Positions 62,731 to 64,000 of a stretch of 64,000 nucleotides of DNA are shown in pieces; within the stretch, counting starts at the first letter, position 1; each line of letters begins with the position of its first letter. The notes under the pieces were generated by a model that saw only the letters and a program-made list of their open reading frames with translations, made no database searches and was not told the DNA's origin. The position numbers and the translations under genes are program-made. The stretch spans positions 1,240,001 to 1,304,000 of the forward strand of contig OZ218957.1 in NCBI GenBank assembly GCA_965112735.1. The letters are read 5' to 3'. This stretch comes from Phaeosaccion multiseriatum. Taxonomy: Eukaryota; Protista; Ochrophyta, other classes.

Positions 62731-63700
62731 CACCTTTCATTCATATAGTAAGGTTGAGGGTGTACGACCCTGTGATATCGCGGCTCACCAACACGCGTAC
62801 CTGCTGACGCACGGTCAAATTCGATCCAAATTCTGAAACCCTCTTTCACGTGATTACGGTCCCGCCAATATGTGTGCTGAGGCAAACGAGAGCAGCAAGC
62901 ACAATCACTTGTTACTTTACCTAGAGATAAATCGTTAGGAGACAGCCTTAAGGCTAATATAGAGACATCCCCACCCCACCCCACCAACCCCCCAAACACT
63001 CCTCTCCACCCTCCAACAATACACATGACCACTTGCGTTGAACGCCTCCGCGGCGAGCGCAACGAGCTCATAGAGCGCGTTCAGCGCATGGCTGGAACGG
63101 GAGGAAACTGAAGCTCGCGAGCGTTCAGCGGCCCAGGACGGACAGATCGAAGCACTGACGGAAACAGTGCGGCAGCTTACTATGCCTCGTCCCCTCGACC
63201 ACAAGAACAAGAAGCGGGGACGATGCGAGCCGGACGCCGACGCCGGGAAGTCTGGCGAAGGAGACGCCTCTCCGTCAAAGGGGGGGGCGGGGAGGGACAA
63301 GAAGCAGACGACGACCAACAACTAGTAGAGGTTCAAGATGAGCGATGATGCCTTGCCTTAGAGCTCCGGCCGGGGCGGGCTTGATTCTATTCTTTTTTAT
63401 ATACATGGCCTTGGGTTGGCTGGACATGTTTTCTCTCTCCCGGGTATTGAGCCGAGCCTTTGACTGGTCGGGGGCGGGTGACAGACAGGTAGCCCGTCGA
63501 CTGACGCCGGCGGTAGCAGGTCGCACGCCGGCTGACTCCGGTCGGTAGCAGGTAGGACGTCAGGGGTCGACTCGGTAAGGCACAGCCAGGAAAAAAAAGA
63601 TGGGAAGAAATAAACTTACTATCGTATGTACTCGTGTGAACCAGAATGAGGTGATGTACGTGGATGAAGTGATATCCTTGATGTGATGTACTCACAACTC

Positions 63701-64000
63701 CTACACCGTGGCGGGCAGCTCGTGCGCCTGAGAGACCCTTAGCAACTCCTTGAAGTTCTTGTACACGACATTGACCAAGAAGTTGTGCAACCTGCGGTCC
63801 CTGGGGCTCAGCCCGTCCACGGTGAGCGCGTCGCCGATGTGAAAGAGCGCTCTTCTGAAGGCGTCAAAGTCCAGCCCTTGCTCGGCATGGTCCGGCAGCA
63901 GCCCAGTGCGACTGGTGCTCGCCCAGAGGATGCTGCAGGCGTCGTAAAGGCCAAAGTTGCTCTGTCCTGGACGATCACCACCACTGCCGCCTCTGCTGTT
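63701..64000 (-). CDS. 3' end of an unknown protein (runs off the window)
   Basis: Open frame of 100 codons to TAG at 63701-63703: '...DACSILWAS...GLDFDAFRRALFHIGDAL...LHNFLVNVVYKNFKELL...', with coding-like codon usage. Confidence 0.65.
   Translation of the reverse strand, partial: NSRGGSGGDRPGQSNFGLYDACSILWASTSRTGLLPDHAEQGLDFDAFRRALFHIGDALTVDGLSPRDRRLHNFLVNVVYKNFKELLRVSQAHELPATV

Overview
Gene-dense, intron-rich eukaryotic nuclear DNA (GT-AG introns mostly ~80-150 nt, many intronic microsatellites). Bipartite signal+'AF' plastid presequences, a radial-spoke gene and a phosphagen kinase point to a flagellate photosynthetic stramenopile (ochrophyte); this is inferred. About 20 genes are present, mostly alternating in strand with very short gaps. 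Housekeeping genes include a PPIE-type RRM protein, RSPH3, ARP1/centractin, ZNHIT2, PIG-M, a DENND4-like GEF, a CLC channel, a CaMK, MCU, a PPR-SMR protein and G3P dehydrogenase. The most notable items are unusual domain architectures found by splicing exons by hand: (1) a NudE/NDEL1 coiled coil fused to a kinesin-14 motor; (2) a Vps39/TGFBRAP1-like subunit ending in a gamma-COP appendage domain instead of its zinc finger; (3) an NRPS-like TE*-A-T-R enzyme whose A domain resembles fungal glycine-betaine reductase ATRR but lacks the second reductase; (4) a protein with two E2 domains that both keep a Cys; (5) an R3H-DEAH helicase with a C2HC finger insert; (6) a plastid-targeted stand-alone GARS_N-like domain. 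All family calls come from motif recognition by eye; no searches were run.
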